From Bdellovibrionales bacterium RIFOXYD12_FULL_39_22 (lineage in GTDB: Bacteria > Bdellovibrionota > Bacteriovoracia > Bacteriovoracales > Bacteriovoracaceae): a DNA stretch of 64,000 nucleotides. The stretch lies in NCBI GenBank assembly GCA_001770205.1, contig MEQL01000054.1, positions 1-64,000 of the forward strand, given 5' to 3'. Position 1 is the first letter of the stretch, and the number at the start of each line of letters is the position of its first letter. Positions 19,628-28,476 of the stretch are shown here, piece after piece. The position numbers were made by a program, and so were the translations under genes. The notes below the pieces were generated by a model. That model was not told the origin of the DNA. It ran no database searches and saw only the letters and a list, made by a program, of their open reading frames with translations.

Positions 19628-20665
19628 TTATTGGATAAGATAATTCGAGTTAATATATTTCCCACTTATCCATTCAAGAACATTCTTATTGGCTTCATTC
19701 ATTTTTTTTGACGGCGGCCATGATAAATAATTCACTCTACTATTAGAAGTACGACTACAAATGGAACTATCAGAATAGCGATTGATCCATTCATCGAGTA
19801 TTTCAATATTCATTGGTTTTGGGTTAATTGATTTAGTAGACCCCCAAGAAGAAATCATTTCCAGCAGATCAGATAATAATAAATATGGAACTGATCTTTT
19901 CCCCATATAACTGTCCACCGCTCTCGACATATACTCATCTTGCATCATACCATTTACTGGGTAGCCATCACATTCGTATCCTTCAAAATAACTGCCGATA
20001 ACATGAAATAATTCGTGGGCAAAAATACGCGGATCAGAGTAAATGTCCCACTCACTAGGGCTTGCTCTGGTAGCGTCCGGCTTTGCAACAATACTAATTG
20101 GAATTGCATTGGTCTGCATATCTTTATGCTTAGCTTCAACAGCATTTCTTAGATTCATTATGTATTGAGCATAATCTGCTTCATTCCTCTGCTCTGGACT
20201 GAGATAGTCACTGTCGTTTCCAAATTCGACCAATAAGTTTAAACGGGTATATTTGGAATCAAAATATCCTTCAATTGCTGACCTTAGTCTAAGAATGCTA
20301 ACCATTATTCCTTGATGGTCTAAGAAGGAATCCAATTGCCTGCCAAAAAAAGATGGAGAGGGAGTGTAGTGAGGCATAGAAGAAGAGAGAACTTCATCGC
20401 GACTTGTACGCGAAAATGTTCCAGCTCCAAGAAAACGAATTGTGACCGTGAATGTTAGTATCTGGTCATGCAGTTCAACGTAAACGATCCCTCCACCAAA
20501 CCCTCTGGTACCGGCACGGTATGAATAAGTGACACCATTTTGAAAATAATCAGCGGGTGAAAATGACTCACCCGCAAAAGTAAAAAAAGTACAAAGAGAA
20601 AAAAAAGTAATAAAAAATGTTACACTTTTCAAAAAATTACCTATCAGCTGGAAAGTCGTTCGCAC
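19628..20665 (-). CDS. secreted putative zinc metallopeptidase
   Basis: Signal-like N-terminus; FAHELFHVIG HExxH motif followed by a Met-containing segment. Confidence 0.6.
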   Translation of the reverse strand: MRTTFQLIGNFLKSVTFFITFFSLCTFFTFAGESFSPADYFQNGVTYSYRAGTRGFGGGIVYVELHDQILTFTVTIRFLGAGTFSRTSRDEVLSSSMPHYTPSPSFFGRQLDSFLDHQGIMVSILRLRSAIEGYFDSKYTRLNLLVEFGNDSDYLSPEQRNEADYAQYIMNLRNAVEAKHKDMQTNAIPISIVAKPDATRASPSEWDIYSDPRIFAHELFHVIGSYFEGYECDGYPVNGMMQDEYMSRAVDSYMGKRSVPYLLLSDLLEMISSWGSTKSINPKPMNIEILDEWINRYSDSSICSRTSNSRVNYLSWPPSKKMNEANKNVLEWISGKYINSNYLIQ

Positions 20666-20951
20666 AGTCTATTACAGATTGTGGGGGAACAAGTTTTATG
20701 GCCTTAAATGGGACAGTTGTATCCAATACGTAGTTAAATTCGTATCTACAGCCTTTATCTAAATTCTTTGGACTAAGAACCGATATCAAAGACGTTACAT
20801 ACAGGACTTCACCTGAATCTAAGTCAACGATAGCACCAAATGGCGAAATCTCAGGACTAACATAGCCTGTATAAACGCGCCCTGTGATGCTGTAAACATC
20901 TGCAAAAGCAATTTGCGATAAAAAGAGAACTGCTAATAAAATTGATTTCAT
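20637..20951 (-). CDS. small secreted hypothetical protein
   Basis: AGGAGG RBS, MKSILLAVLFLSQIAFA signal peptide. Confidence 0.7.
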   Translation of the reverse strand: MKSILLAVLFLSQIAFADVYSITGRVYTGYVSPEISPFGAIVDLDSGEVLYVTSLISVLSPKNLDKGCRYEFNYVLDTTVPFKAIKLVPPQSVIDCANDFPADR

Positions 20952-21103
20952 TTTGAACCTCCTTAAGTAGGTGAGGTGTTGTAACACCAAACGAATTAAT
21001 TAATTGCGGAATAATCTTTTTATCCGTTTAACATAATTGAAAAGATTTGCAAGGAGGCTGATCTATCTTTGAAAATTTTTTAGAGTAAAAGCTTGATTAC
21101 TAA

Positions 21104-21206
21104 CCTAATATTAATAATTCGGGCCATGCCCGTTATTTCTCAACTTTTGTGATCTTGCTCAGAAACGCTCGCATTTCCGCTCAAGATCTATTATCCGCCA
21201 ACGTTC
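21104..21206. repeat. direct repeat A, copy 2
   Basis: Matches 19489-19591. Confidence 0.9.
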
Positions 21207-21528
21207 CCGAGCACAAGCCACTTACAACTAGTAAAATTATGTGATTATGATTAGAACGAATTAAAGATCATGGATTGTGTAGTTCGATTTCATTTTTTTT
21301 AAATTGAGCAACCTAGCTTTGGCCGTATTAAATTATGAGTAGTGGCCGGTTTTGCGTAATATTTTCCAGTCTATGGAAATCGGTGTTTAATATTAATATT
21401 TTAAATTAGATTTTTGAGTTCTCTTTTTATCGCCTATTTTCTTCTATTTTCCCTCATTTTCGCTAGCTTTCCCGCTCAACTTCCAAGCAAGTGCTGAAAT
21501 TGATACTGGGTGTGATGTTAAAAATTTA

Positions 21529-21557
21529 TTGACGCATCGTAGCTTTTAAGCTACAAT
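21529..21557 (+). promoter_or_regulatory. TA operon promoter with operator palindrome
   Basis: TTGACG-17bp-TACAAT with GTAGCTT-tt-AAGCTAC overlapping the -10. Confidence 0.8.
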
Positions 21558-21566
21558 CTTCTCAGG

Positions 21567-21917
21567 ATGGAAGTTCAGACAAAAGAAATTGATTATTACG
21601 AGACGGAAGGCGGAACTTGTCCATTTAGAAATTGGTTGCTATCGCTTAGAGATAAAGAAGGCCGTCGAAAAATACGAGTTCGCATTGATCGAGTGGCGCT
21701 TGGAAACATTGGATACTGTGAGTCAGTTGGAGAAGGTGTTTTGGAGCTAAAGATAGATTTTGGGCCAGGTTATAGGGTATATTTTGCCTTGGCCGGAAAA
21801 AAGCTAGTTCTTCTTTTAACTGGTGGGGATAAAAGCTCCCAGAAGAGAGATATAAAAACAGCTCACGAATATTGGGCCGACTATCGGAGGCGTTATGACA
21901 AAAACTGGAAAAAATAA
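21567..21917 (+). CDS. type II toxin, RelE/HigB-like addiction module killer protein
   Basis: PF..WL.SLRD....I..RI.RV.LGN.G..ESVGEGV.ELKIDFGPGYRVYF...LVLLL.GGDKSSQ.RDI. Confidence 0.92.
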   Translation: MEVQTKEIDYYETEGGTCPFRNWLLSLRDKEGRRKIRVRIDRVALGNIGYCESVGEGVLELKIDFGPGYRVYFALAGKKLVLLLTGGDKSSQKRDIKTAHEYWADYRRRYDKNWKK

Positions 21918-22209
21918 AAAAATAAGTTATCACGAAGATCTTATCGAATCACTTAAGGACCCAGAAGAGGCAATAGGTTATTTGAGAGCAGCACTTGAAG
22001 AGAGTGACTTGCCAGAAGTTTTTTTGGTAGCTCTTCGAAATGTGGCAGAGGCCCGTGGAATTTCTCAATTAGCAAAAGATACAAATCTCAATCGGGAAAA
22101 TCTCTATAGAATGCTCTCGAAGCAGGGCAATCCTGAACTTGGCAGTCTTTATTCTGTTTTGGATGCACTAGGTTTTAAATTATCGATTGAGATTAAAAAG
22201 GCATCATAG
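21895..22209 (+). CDS. addiction module antidote protein (XRE HTH antitoxin)
   Basis: YL.AALEE...F.VALRNVAEARGISQLA..T.L.RENLYRMLS..GNP; overlaps the toxin 3' end. Confidence 0.92.
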   Translation: MTKTGKNKKISYHEDLIESLKDPEEAIGYLRAALEESDLPEVFLVALRNVAEARGISQLAKDTNLNRENLYRMLSKQGNPELGSLYSVLDALGFKLSIEIKKAS

Positions 22210-22313
22210 TGCTAAGGAAAAATAAAAGGGGTCTCCCAACTACCCTGCCCACTAAAATCCTACACGAAATCCTAAAATCTTAGAACTAATTTTGTTGGCC
22301 AACTCTGAAATGT
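22208..22313. repeat. direct repeat B, copy 1 (106 bp)
   Basis: Identical to 23679-23784 except one base (22241 T vs 23712 A). Confidence 0.95.
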
Positions 22314-22665
22314 CCAAAAAACGCGCGCGTGAATTAAATCCAATGGCATTTAGGCCGGCCAGATCTCAAAGCTCTCTCGAGCTTCTAGCTGAAACTTCTC
22401 TGTATTGCATACGGATACCGAAACATGGCCTATTTTAAACTAAAAATAATGCAAGTATGTGGATATTTAAACTCCAGATATGTGCCAATGGGTTTTCAAT
22501 GAGTTCAACTTATTTGTTAAAGAGGCAACCAACCGACCAATAATTATACGGCCACAAAAACTTTTCAGTATATTTTTCAATCGTCTGTTTTTGTGTTGGT
22601 TTTAAAAGTACAATCTAGACAAGAACAATACAAACGCATGATGTCTGACGATCAAGGAGAATACT

Positions 22666-23031
22666 ATGAAAAAAATGGTTATGATTGGTTCATTACTTGT
22701 AGCTCAACTTACTTGGGCCACCACACAATTAGTTCCAAGTCCAGTAGTGAGCATGGGAGAACAAGCTGCTAGAGTTGCTGATATACTCCTAAACCGCCAA
22801 CTTGCTCAATGTGTCTCCGAATTCCAACAAGAGAGCGCAGTTATCACTGATGTCACAATTCAAGAAGGAGATGCTCGCACAAGTTATGTAATCAAAGGCG
22901 AAATTCTCACTGGTGGCGACGTTATCACAGGGGAAATCTCCCTTATCATTAATGAAACCAAATCCGCTGGATATGGTTTTGGCACAACTACGGAGTATGC
23001 CTGCAATGTAGTAAAAAAATCATTACGATAA
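22666..23031 (+). CDS. small secreted hypothetical protein
   Basis: AAGGAG RBS; signal peptide; one Cys pair. Confidence 0.75.
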   Translation: MKKMVMIGSLLVAQLTWATTQLVPSPVVSMGEQAARVADILLNRQLAQCVSEFQQESAVITDVTIQEGDARTSYVIKGEILTGGDVITGEISLIINETKSAGYGFGTTTEYACNVVKKSLR

Positions 23032-23068
23032 GAGACACACTCACTAAGGTTTTTAAACAGGAGTTATT

Positions 23069-23467
23069 ATGAAATTACTTATTTTTTGCTTAACACTTGC
23101 ATTGACTTCAATCGGGTTTGCATCGACAAGCGCCGGCGATTTAAAGACGGCGGCCACATATGTGGATGGTCAAAACGTTGTACTAGAAGGTTCATATGCA
23201 AAAATTTTTCGCGCAAACAACAACGATGATGATCGTGAGATCATCGCTAAATGTGGTGAGAAGTATGACGCATTTATATTAAACACACCTATCAATGTAA
23301 GCGTAACGAGTATGGAAGGTGACGCAACAACCACCGTTTCAGTTCACAGACTTTCGCTGCACCAAGCAATTGTTGATAAAGGATTGACGAGAGTTAGTGG
23401 CGAACTATTCCAGATAACAGCAGGCCTCTGCAATAGCGAAGCTTTCGGGATTGCTGGTAATAGATAA
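23069..23467 (+). CDS. small secreted hypothetical protein
   Basis: AGGAG RBS; signal peptide MKLLIFCLTLALTSIGFA. Confidence 0.75.
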   Translation: MKLLIFCLTLALTSIGFASTSAGDLKTAATYVDGQNVVLEGSYAKIFRANNNDDDREIIAKCGEKYDAFILNTPINVSVTSMEGDATTTVSVHRLSLHQAIVDKGLTRVSGELFQITAGLCNSEAFGIAGNR

Positions 23468-23678
23468 GTACCTCTTAGAGAGCAAACACCATTGCCAAGG
23501 CGAAAGAAGCGACCCTAGCTAGTTTTTTGCCAAAAACGATAGCAGGTTGACTTCAAGATCAATTCCGCTTTTGTCATCAATGCCATCAATCCAGTGCAGA
23601 TGGTTTAGGGTTGCCTTGGTAGGAGTGCAGAGCGCTGGCAGAGCACATAGTCTTACCACATTGGATTTATCGTCTATA

Positions 23679-23784
23679 AGTGCTAAGGAAAAATAAAAGG
23701 GGTCTCCCAACAACCCTGCCCACTAAAATCCTACACGAAATCCTAAAATCTTAGAACTAATTTTGTTGGCCAACTCTGAAATGT
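23679..23784. repeat. direct repeat B, copy 2
   Basis: Matches 22208-22313. Confidence 0.95.
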
Positions 23785-23824
23785 TGTCGAATTTCCTCAA
23801 AGGGGACCGGCCTAATTTCCTTCA

Positions 23825-23886
23825 AAGGGTACCACTTGTTTTTTTGTCGGCCAGTTAATCTTTTGCTAATTTCCTCTGGTACCCTT
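23825..23886. repeat. 62-bp segment with 10-bp terminal inverted repeats (MITE-like scar)
   Basis: AAGGGTACCA ... TGGTACCCTT directly before the cytochrome remnant. Confidence 0.5.
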
Positions 23887-24840
23887 AACTTTGCCCAATG
23901 TACTCATTGTCATGCGGAAGATGATTGGAAAAAAATCAAACGAAACTCTGGCAAATTTAGTCATAATTTTGATACCAATTTTATTATCGATGGCGCGCAC
24001 ACTAAAATAGAATGTGATGGTTGCCATAAAAAGAATATGAAACAGATTTTTTCTTTTCCAAATGCTCGACAGCAGTTTTGCATCTCATGTCATCCCAATC
24101 TCCACAATGGCCAATTCCCTAATCTTTCCACTCAAAAATGCAGCGACTGTCACAGCACCAGTTCCTTTAAAAAACTACTCCCCTTTGATCACTCAATAAC
24201 CAACTTTGCACTTAAAGCAAAGCATACTGAAAGTGCTTGTCATAAGTGTCATAAGGTCTACCAAAAACAAACTTATCCAAAACCCTATACCTCAAATCCT
24301 AAAAGAAATTATCGCTTCTTATTTAATAGTGAAGATAAATGTATTAGCTGTCATAAGGATCAACACAATGGAGAGTTCGGCAGATCATGCACTCCTTGTC
24401 ACAACGAAAATAGTTTCAAAAAAACAAGAGATTTCCATAAAAGCTTTTTACTCTCAGGAATACACTTCACCTTGCAATGTAAAGAATGTCATTTTGATGA
24501 TCGTATCTTGGCCGGAACTGGTGATAATTGTCAAATTTGCCATATCAAAGACGATATTCACTTCGGCCAACTCTCTCAGTGCTCTGAATGCCACTCGCAA
24601 TTTTTTTGGGAAATAACAAATTTTAAACATACTCAAACAGCATTTCCACTTATGGGAGTACATCGAACTCTTGAGTGTAATGAATGCCATTTTAACGGCC
24701 GCTACGAGGCCACCACTTCTGAATGTGTGCAATGCCATCAAAAAGAACGAAGCAATGTTGCTTATCCAAATCACAACCTGCCAGGTTTTACTGATTGCGA
24801 CGAATGTCACAACCAATTTTCATTTGTCGGAGCGCACTAA
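23887..24840 (+). pseudogene. 5'-truncated multiheme cytochrome c
   Basis: 13 CxxCH motifs with F.H..T.F.L.G.H repeat units; no signal peptide or credible start. Confidence 0.75.
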
Positions 24841-24847
24841 AAAAAAT

Positions 24848-26425
24848 TTAAAAATTCATCTCGCTAAAATCAAATGGATGTCCATACTCTGAATAATAGA
24901 TCTTGTTGGGTAAAATTTCAAAATTACCACCTAAATAGTGGTTAAAAATAATTCTAAAAATGTTAACGGGAGTAATATTATCATCAAATAATTTAGTTTT
25001 ATCCGGGTGATAAATGGCAGTAAAATTTGCATGGCGCGCTTGGCGAAAATCATTAGAGCTAGTATTGGAAACAATACGAGCACCATGATCAGATTGAAAA
25101 ATTATTATGGCACCATTTGGAGTATTAGCTATAATATTGGCCGCCAACTCACTTAATTGTTTATCAACAAATACCATCTGATCAACAAACATATCAAAAT
25201 GAAACCAGGCGCGCACTTTGGGCCCTTCCGTATTATCGGTATAAAGATCATTTTCTATAAAATTTCCATCCCGATCAAAAACAAAAGGAGGATGAGGAGG
25301 CCGCAAATGGGCCGAAACAAATTTAGGGCCAGGGATTTTATAAAGCTGGGACAACTGCTCAATTCCTTTCATATGGCACTTGGCAATATCGTGAGCAATA
25401 TCATTCGTTAAAAACAGATAAAGCATGGTGGAATTGATAAAAAGATTTAAAAAAATATCATCTTTTTTTTCTTCCTCAATACATGGCAGTTCAATATCTG
25501 CATAGCGATTAGTTTTGGCGCCCATCCATGAATTCTGCAAATGATAATTCGTATAGCCTTTGGCATGCAAAAATTTGAAAACCTCATTATCCCACAATTC
25601 ATTATAAACATTAAGCGTGTGACGGGAGCGCTGGCCATTGCGCTCAGCAAAATAATTGATGTAACGCATGTTCAAAGAAGAAGTGATCGATAAAAATGTG
25701 GCGGCATAATTTGAGTAACTGTTTTTTGCCACAAAAAAACCCATATCTTCTAGGCCCGCAATAAATTTAGAATTGTCAAACTTGTGATACTTTGCCAAAA
25801 CATCTGCCCGCGGATGTCCGTCGGGAATTATATAATAAATATCTGGCAAATTAACCGTTGTAGCAAATAATGAATTAGCAGATGCCTTAACCTCTAACTT
25901 CTTACGACTTTGGCCGCTCTCTCCCCCTTTTAACCAAAGAGAATTTGCCAAATCAATGGCCTGGAAAATAATAAGCAAAAAAGAAACCACAAAAAGTGCC
26001 TGCGTAAAACGATCCAAAGTTTCTTGCTTAATTTTCCGAAGATACTTAACAAAGAAGAAATAACAAATGCCAAAAAGTAAAAACTGTGGCCAGGCCCAAA
26101 GAGTCACATCCGATACCTCCAGATGCAATTTTTCTTTTATCCGAACAAGAAGTGGCCCCACCTCCCAAAAACGATCCACAAAATCAAATGAAATGTGGCC
26201 CATGGCGAAGAAAATAACCAAAAATGGAAACAAATAAAGAGCACTCTTTTTGAAGTCTCTGATAAAAAGAAAAAAAAGGCCGTATAAAAGTGCCGTTACA
26301 ATAAGCGATGCCAACACTACAGGATAAAATGATGCTCCTGAGGCTTCACTAAAATTGCTCGTGAACAAAAATAATGACGGATAAATAGCTAACAACAACG
26401 GATAAATCAGTTGAATTTTCTTCAT
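24848..26425 (-). CDS. membrane-anchored sulfatase-like/LTA synthase superfamily protein
   Basis: About 5 N-terminal TM helices; PDIYYII.DG, SNY..T..S, F..AH..PPHPPF, I.QSDHG. Confidence 0.8.
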   Translation of the reverse strand: MKKIQLIYPLLLAIYPSLFLFTSNFSEASGASFYPVVLASLIVTALLYGLFFLFIRDFKKSALYLFPFLVIFFAMGHISFDFVDRFWEVGPLLVRIKEKLHLEVSDVTLWAWPQFLLFGICYFFFVKYLRKIKQETLDRFTQALFVVSFLLIIFQAIDLANSLWLKGGESGQSRKKLEVKASANSLFATTVNLPDIYYIIPDGHPRADVLAKYHKFDNSKFIAGLEDMGFFVAKNSYSNYAATFLSITSSLNMRYINYFAERNGQRSRHTLNVYNELWDNEVFKFLHAKGYTNYHLQNSWMGAKTNRYADIELPCIEEEKKDDIFLNLFINSTMLYLFLTNDIAHDIAKCHMKGIEQLSQLYKIPGPKFVSAHLRPPHPPFVFDRDGNFIENDLYTDNTEGPKVRAWFHFDMFVDQMVFVDKQLSELAANIIANTPNGAIIIFQSDHGARIVSNTSSNDFRQARHANFTAIYHPDKTKLFDDNITPVNIFRIIFNHYLGGNFEILPNKIYYSEYGHPFDFSEMNF

Positions 26426-26443
26426 TGCACAAGGCCTTCGTAT

Positions 26444-26668
26444 CTATTTTGGCGGAGTTGATTTCTTAAAGATTTTATTAAAGAAGTTTTTAATTGAACT
26501 AACCCCACCTTTGACAAAAACCAAGGCACCAACTACTCCCGCAATAACCACTTGGGCAAACATAGATATCGAAGCAGGATCAAGATAGGCATACGCATTT
26601 TGAGGGAGCAGCAAAAAATAAACTGATAAAAGAATAATTGAAGAAATTTTTACGTTTGCATTTTTCAT
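26444..26668 (-). CDS. small membrane protein with AYLDP motif
   Basis: AYAYLDPASISM..QVVIAGVVG pattern; directly upstream of the sulfatase-like gene. Confidence 0.65.
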   Translation of the reverse strand: MKNANVKISSIILLSVYFLLLPQNAYAYLDPASISMFAQVVIAGVVGALVFVKGGVSSIKNFFNKIFKKSTPPK

Positions 26669-26918
26669 TATACTTAGTACCTCGCTGAATAAAATCAAAT
26701 GATTGACGATACTAACTTAAACTATTAAAGCTAGCAACTTTTTATTATATCGTTAGTACGAAATTGAGGAACAAATGCGATAAAGTTTTCTTGCCAGCAA
26801 ATAGATTTTTTCACTGAGAATTTTATCATTCTAACAATGTAAATATTACAGGACCACTTAATAGCATTCATAAAAACATGTAGAAGATTAATGTTATTAA
26901 CCTCGCAATGGATAACGT

Positions 26919-27839
26919 ATGAGAAATTCCCTACTACCACTAATACTGCTTTTCGTTGTTACAGGATTACTGGCCCCCGCCGCCTTCACGGCACCTCATA
27001 AACGGGGTACCTTTTCTAATGCTCATCCTTCCGTCGTTTATGGCCAAGATAATCGCACAGAAGTGGCCGAATACGGTGATGGAAATTTTCGTGAATATGC
27101 TAGATCGGTGGCCGGACTGGTTCAAAAAAAACGACTAGTTCATGATAAAATTCTTCCGTCAGGCCAACTTCGAATAAGGGCCGCAATTTTAGAAGAGCGC
27201 GAACAGCTCTGTTTTAGTGAAAGGTTTATTTCTCAGCAAGTGCCAATACTTTGCAGCGGATTTCTGATTGCTCCAAAAATATTACTCACCGCCGGGCATT
27301 GTGCGGCCGATCCAGAATTCTGCAACTCTTATTCCTGGGTTTTTGATTTCACTGAAGAATCAAAGGACATCATAAAAGAGGAAAACGTTTTTTCTTGCGC
27401 GAAGGTTATTACATATAAAATAAATAATAAGACTGGCATGGATTATGGCATTATCGAACTAGACCGCGAAGTAGAAGGGCGAGCGCCTCTATCAATTCGA
27501 AAAATTGGAGAGGTTAAGGAAGGTACTGCATTGGCAATTATAGGCCATCCTTCAGGGTTGCCTCTTAAGATTGCCGACGGGGCAATTGTTCGCAAAAATG
27601 ACCCCCAAGCACCTTTCTTTGTTGCCAATCTTGACTCTTTTCAAAGAAATTCTGGCTCTCCGGTATTTAACATTCGCACCAATCAAGTTGAAGGCATTTT
27701 AGTGCGCGGGGATGATGATTATGAATGGAACAGCAGCAAACTTTGCTTTGAAGTTAAACAATGTTCAATGGAAGCTTGCCGAGGAGAAGACGTAGTCAAA
27801 ACCTCAGCAATCAATAGAGAATTTTTAATCCCAGATTAA
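26919..27839 (+). CDS. secreted trypsin-like serine protease (S1)
   Basis: VVYGQDNR, CSGFLI...LLTAGHC, DYGII.LDR, GHPSGLP, NSGSPVF. Confidence 0.9.
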   Translation: MRNSLLPLILLFVVTGLLAPAAFTAPHKRGTFSNAHPSVVYGQDNRTEVAEYGDGNFREYARSVAGLVQKKRLVHDKILPSGQLRIRAAILEEREQLCFSERFISQQVPILCSGFLIAPKILLTAGHCAADPEFCNSYSWVFDFTEESKDIIKEENVFSCAKVITYKINNKTGMDYGIIELDREVEGRAPLSIRKIGEVKEGTALAIIGHPSGLPLKIADGAIVRKNDPQAPFFVANLDSFQRNSGSPVFNIRTNQVEGILVRGDDDYEWNSSKLCFEVKQCSMEACRGEDVVKTSAINREFLIPD

Positions 27840-27900
27840 TTTTGGGGGGGGATGAATAAAAATCTCAACATTCAACGTTAATACTATGGGAATGTAAAAC

Positions 27901-28476
27901 ATGATATCGATTAAAGTTACTGCGCTTGGAAGAGATTTTTGGTTATATCGCTTTGGCCAAGTAATTTCCGTCATTGGCGATGGCTGCATTATCGGGGCAA
28001 TATTTTTTGGGAAAATTAGTCTGAAAATTAAAAATGATGTGTCATCAGTGTTAGGGATCGCCATGATAGGAATTGGGATTGCCGCATTACCTTGGATTCC
28101 AAACATTATTCTTCCCCTCGGAATGATGCTAATGGTTGGCGTAGGAAGTATGATGATCAATATTCCGCTGGGAACTCAAATAACACTGGCCAGACCAGAC
28201 GCATACAGGGCCCGAATAGGCACATCTGTTGGCTTTTTGGTGCAAATTTCTGCTCCATTAGGCATTAGTTTGACCGGAATACTTATCTCTAGCATTGGAC
28301 TTAATTGGACTATGTTCATTAGCGGATTTTTAACATTGATACTCAGCCCGCTACTCTTTTTGATCCCAAAATTTTCCACTTTTTTGCGGGCCAACCCTGA
28401 GGAGGCGTCTCGGTTTTATTTGGAAAATTATCCTAAAGCATTTTTTGAGGAAAAAATCAAAAATCCGATTCAATAA
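27901..28476 (+). pseudogene. MFS transporter with large in-frame internal deletion
   Basis: MFS N-terminus RDFWLYRFGQVISVIGD joined directly to C-terminal helices (PDAYRAR); only 191 aa. Confidence 0.7.

Noticed and set aside
21027..21054. dif/pdif site (TTTAACATAA resembles a XerD arm)
   Set aside because: No XerC-like arm at 6-bp spacing
22309..22443. short ORF after repeat B as an HTH remnant
   Set aside because: Too short and no convincing motif
19489..23784. CRISPR array or canonical integron
   Set aside because: Repeats are about 100 bp, occur in pairs and are kb apart; no cas or intI gene; no inverse core site found to complete an attC
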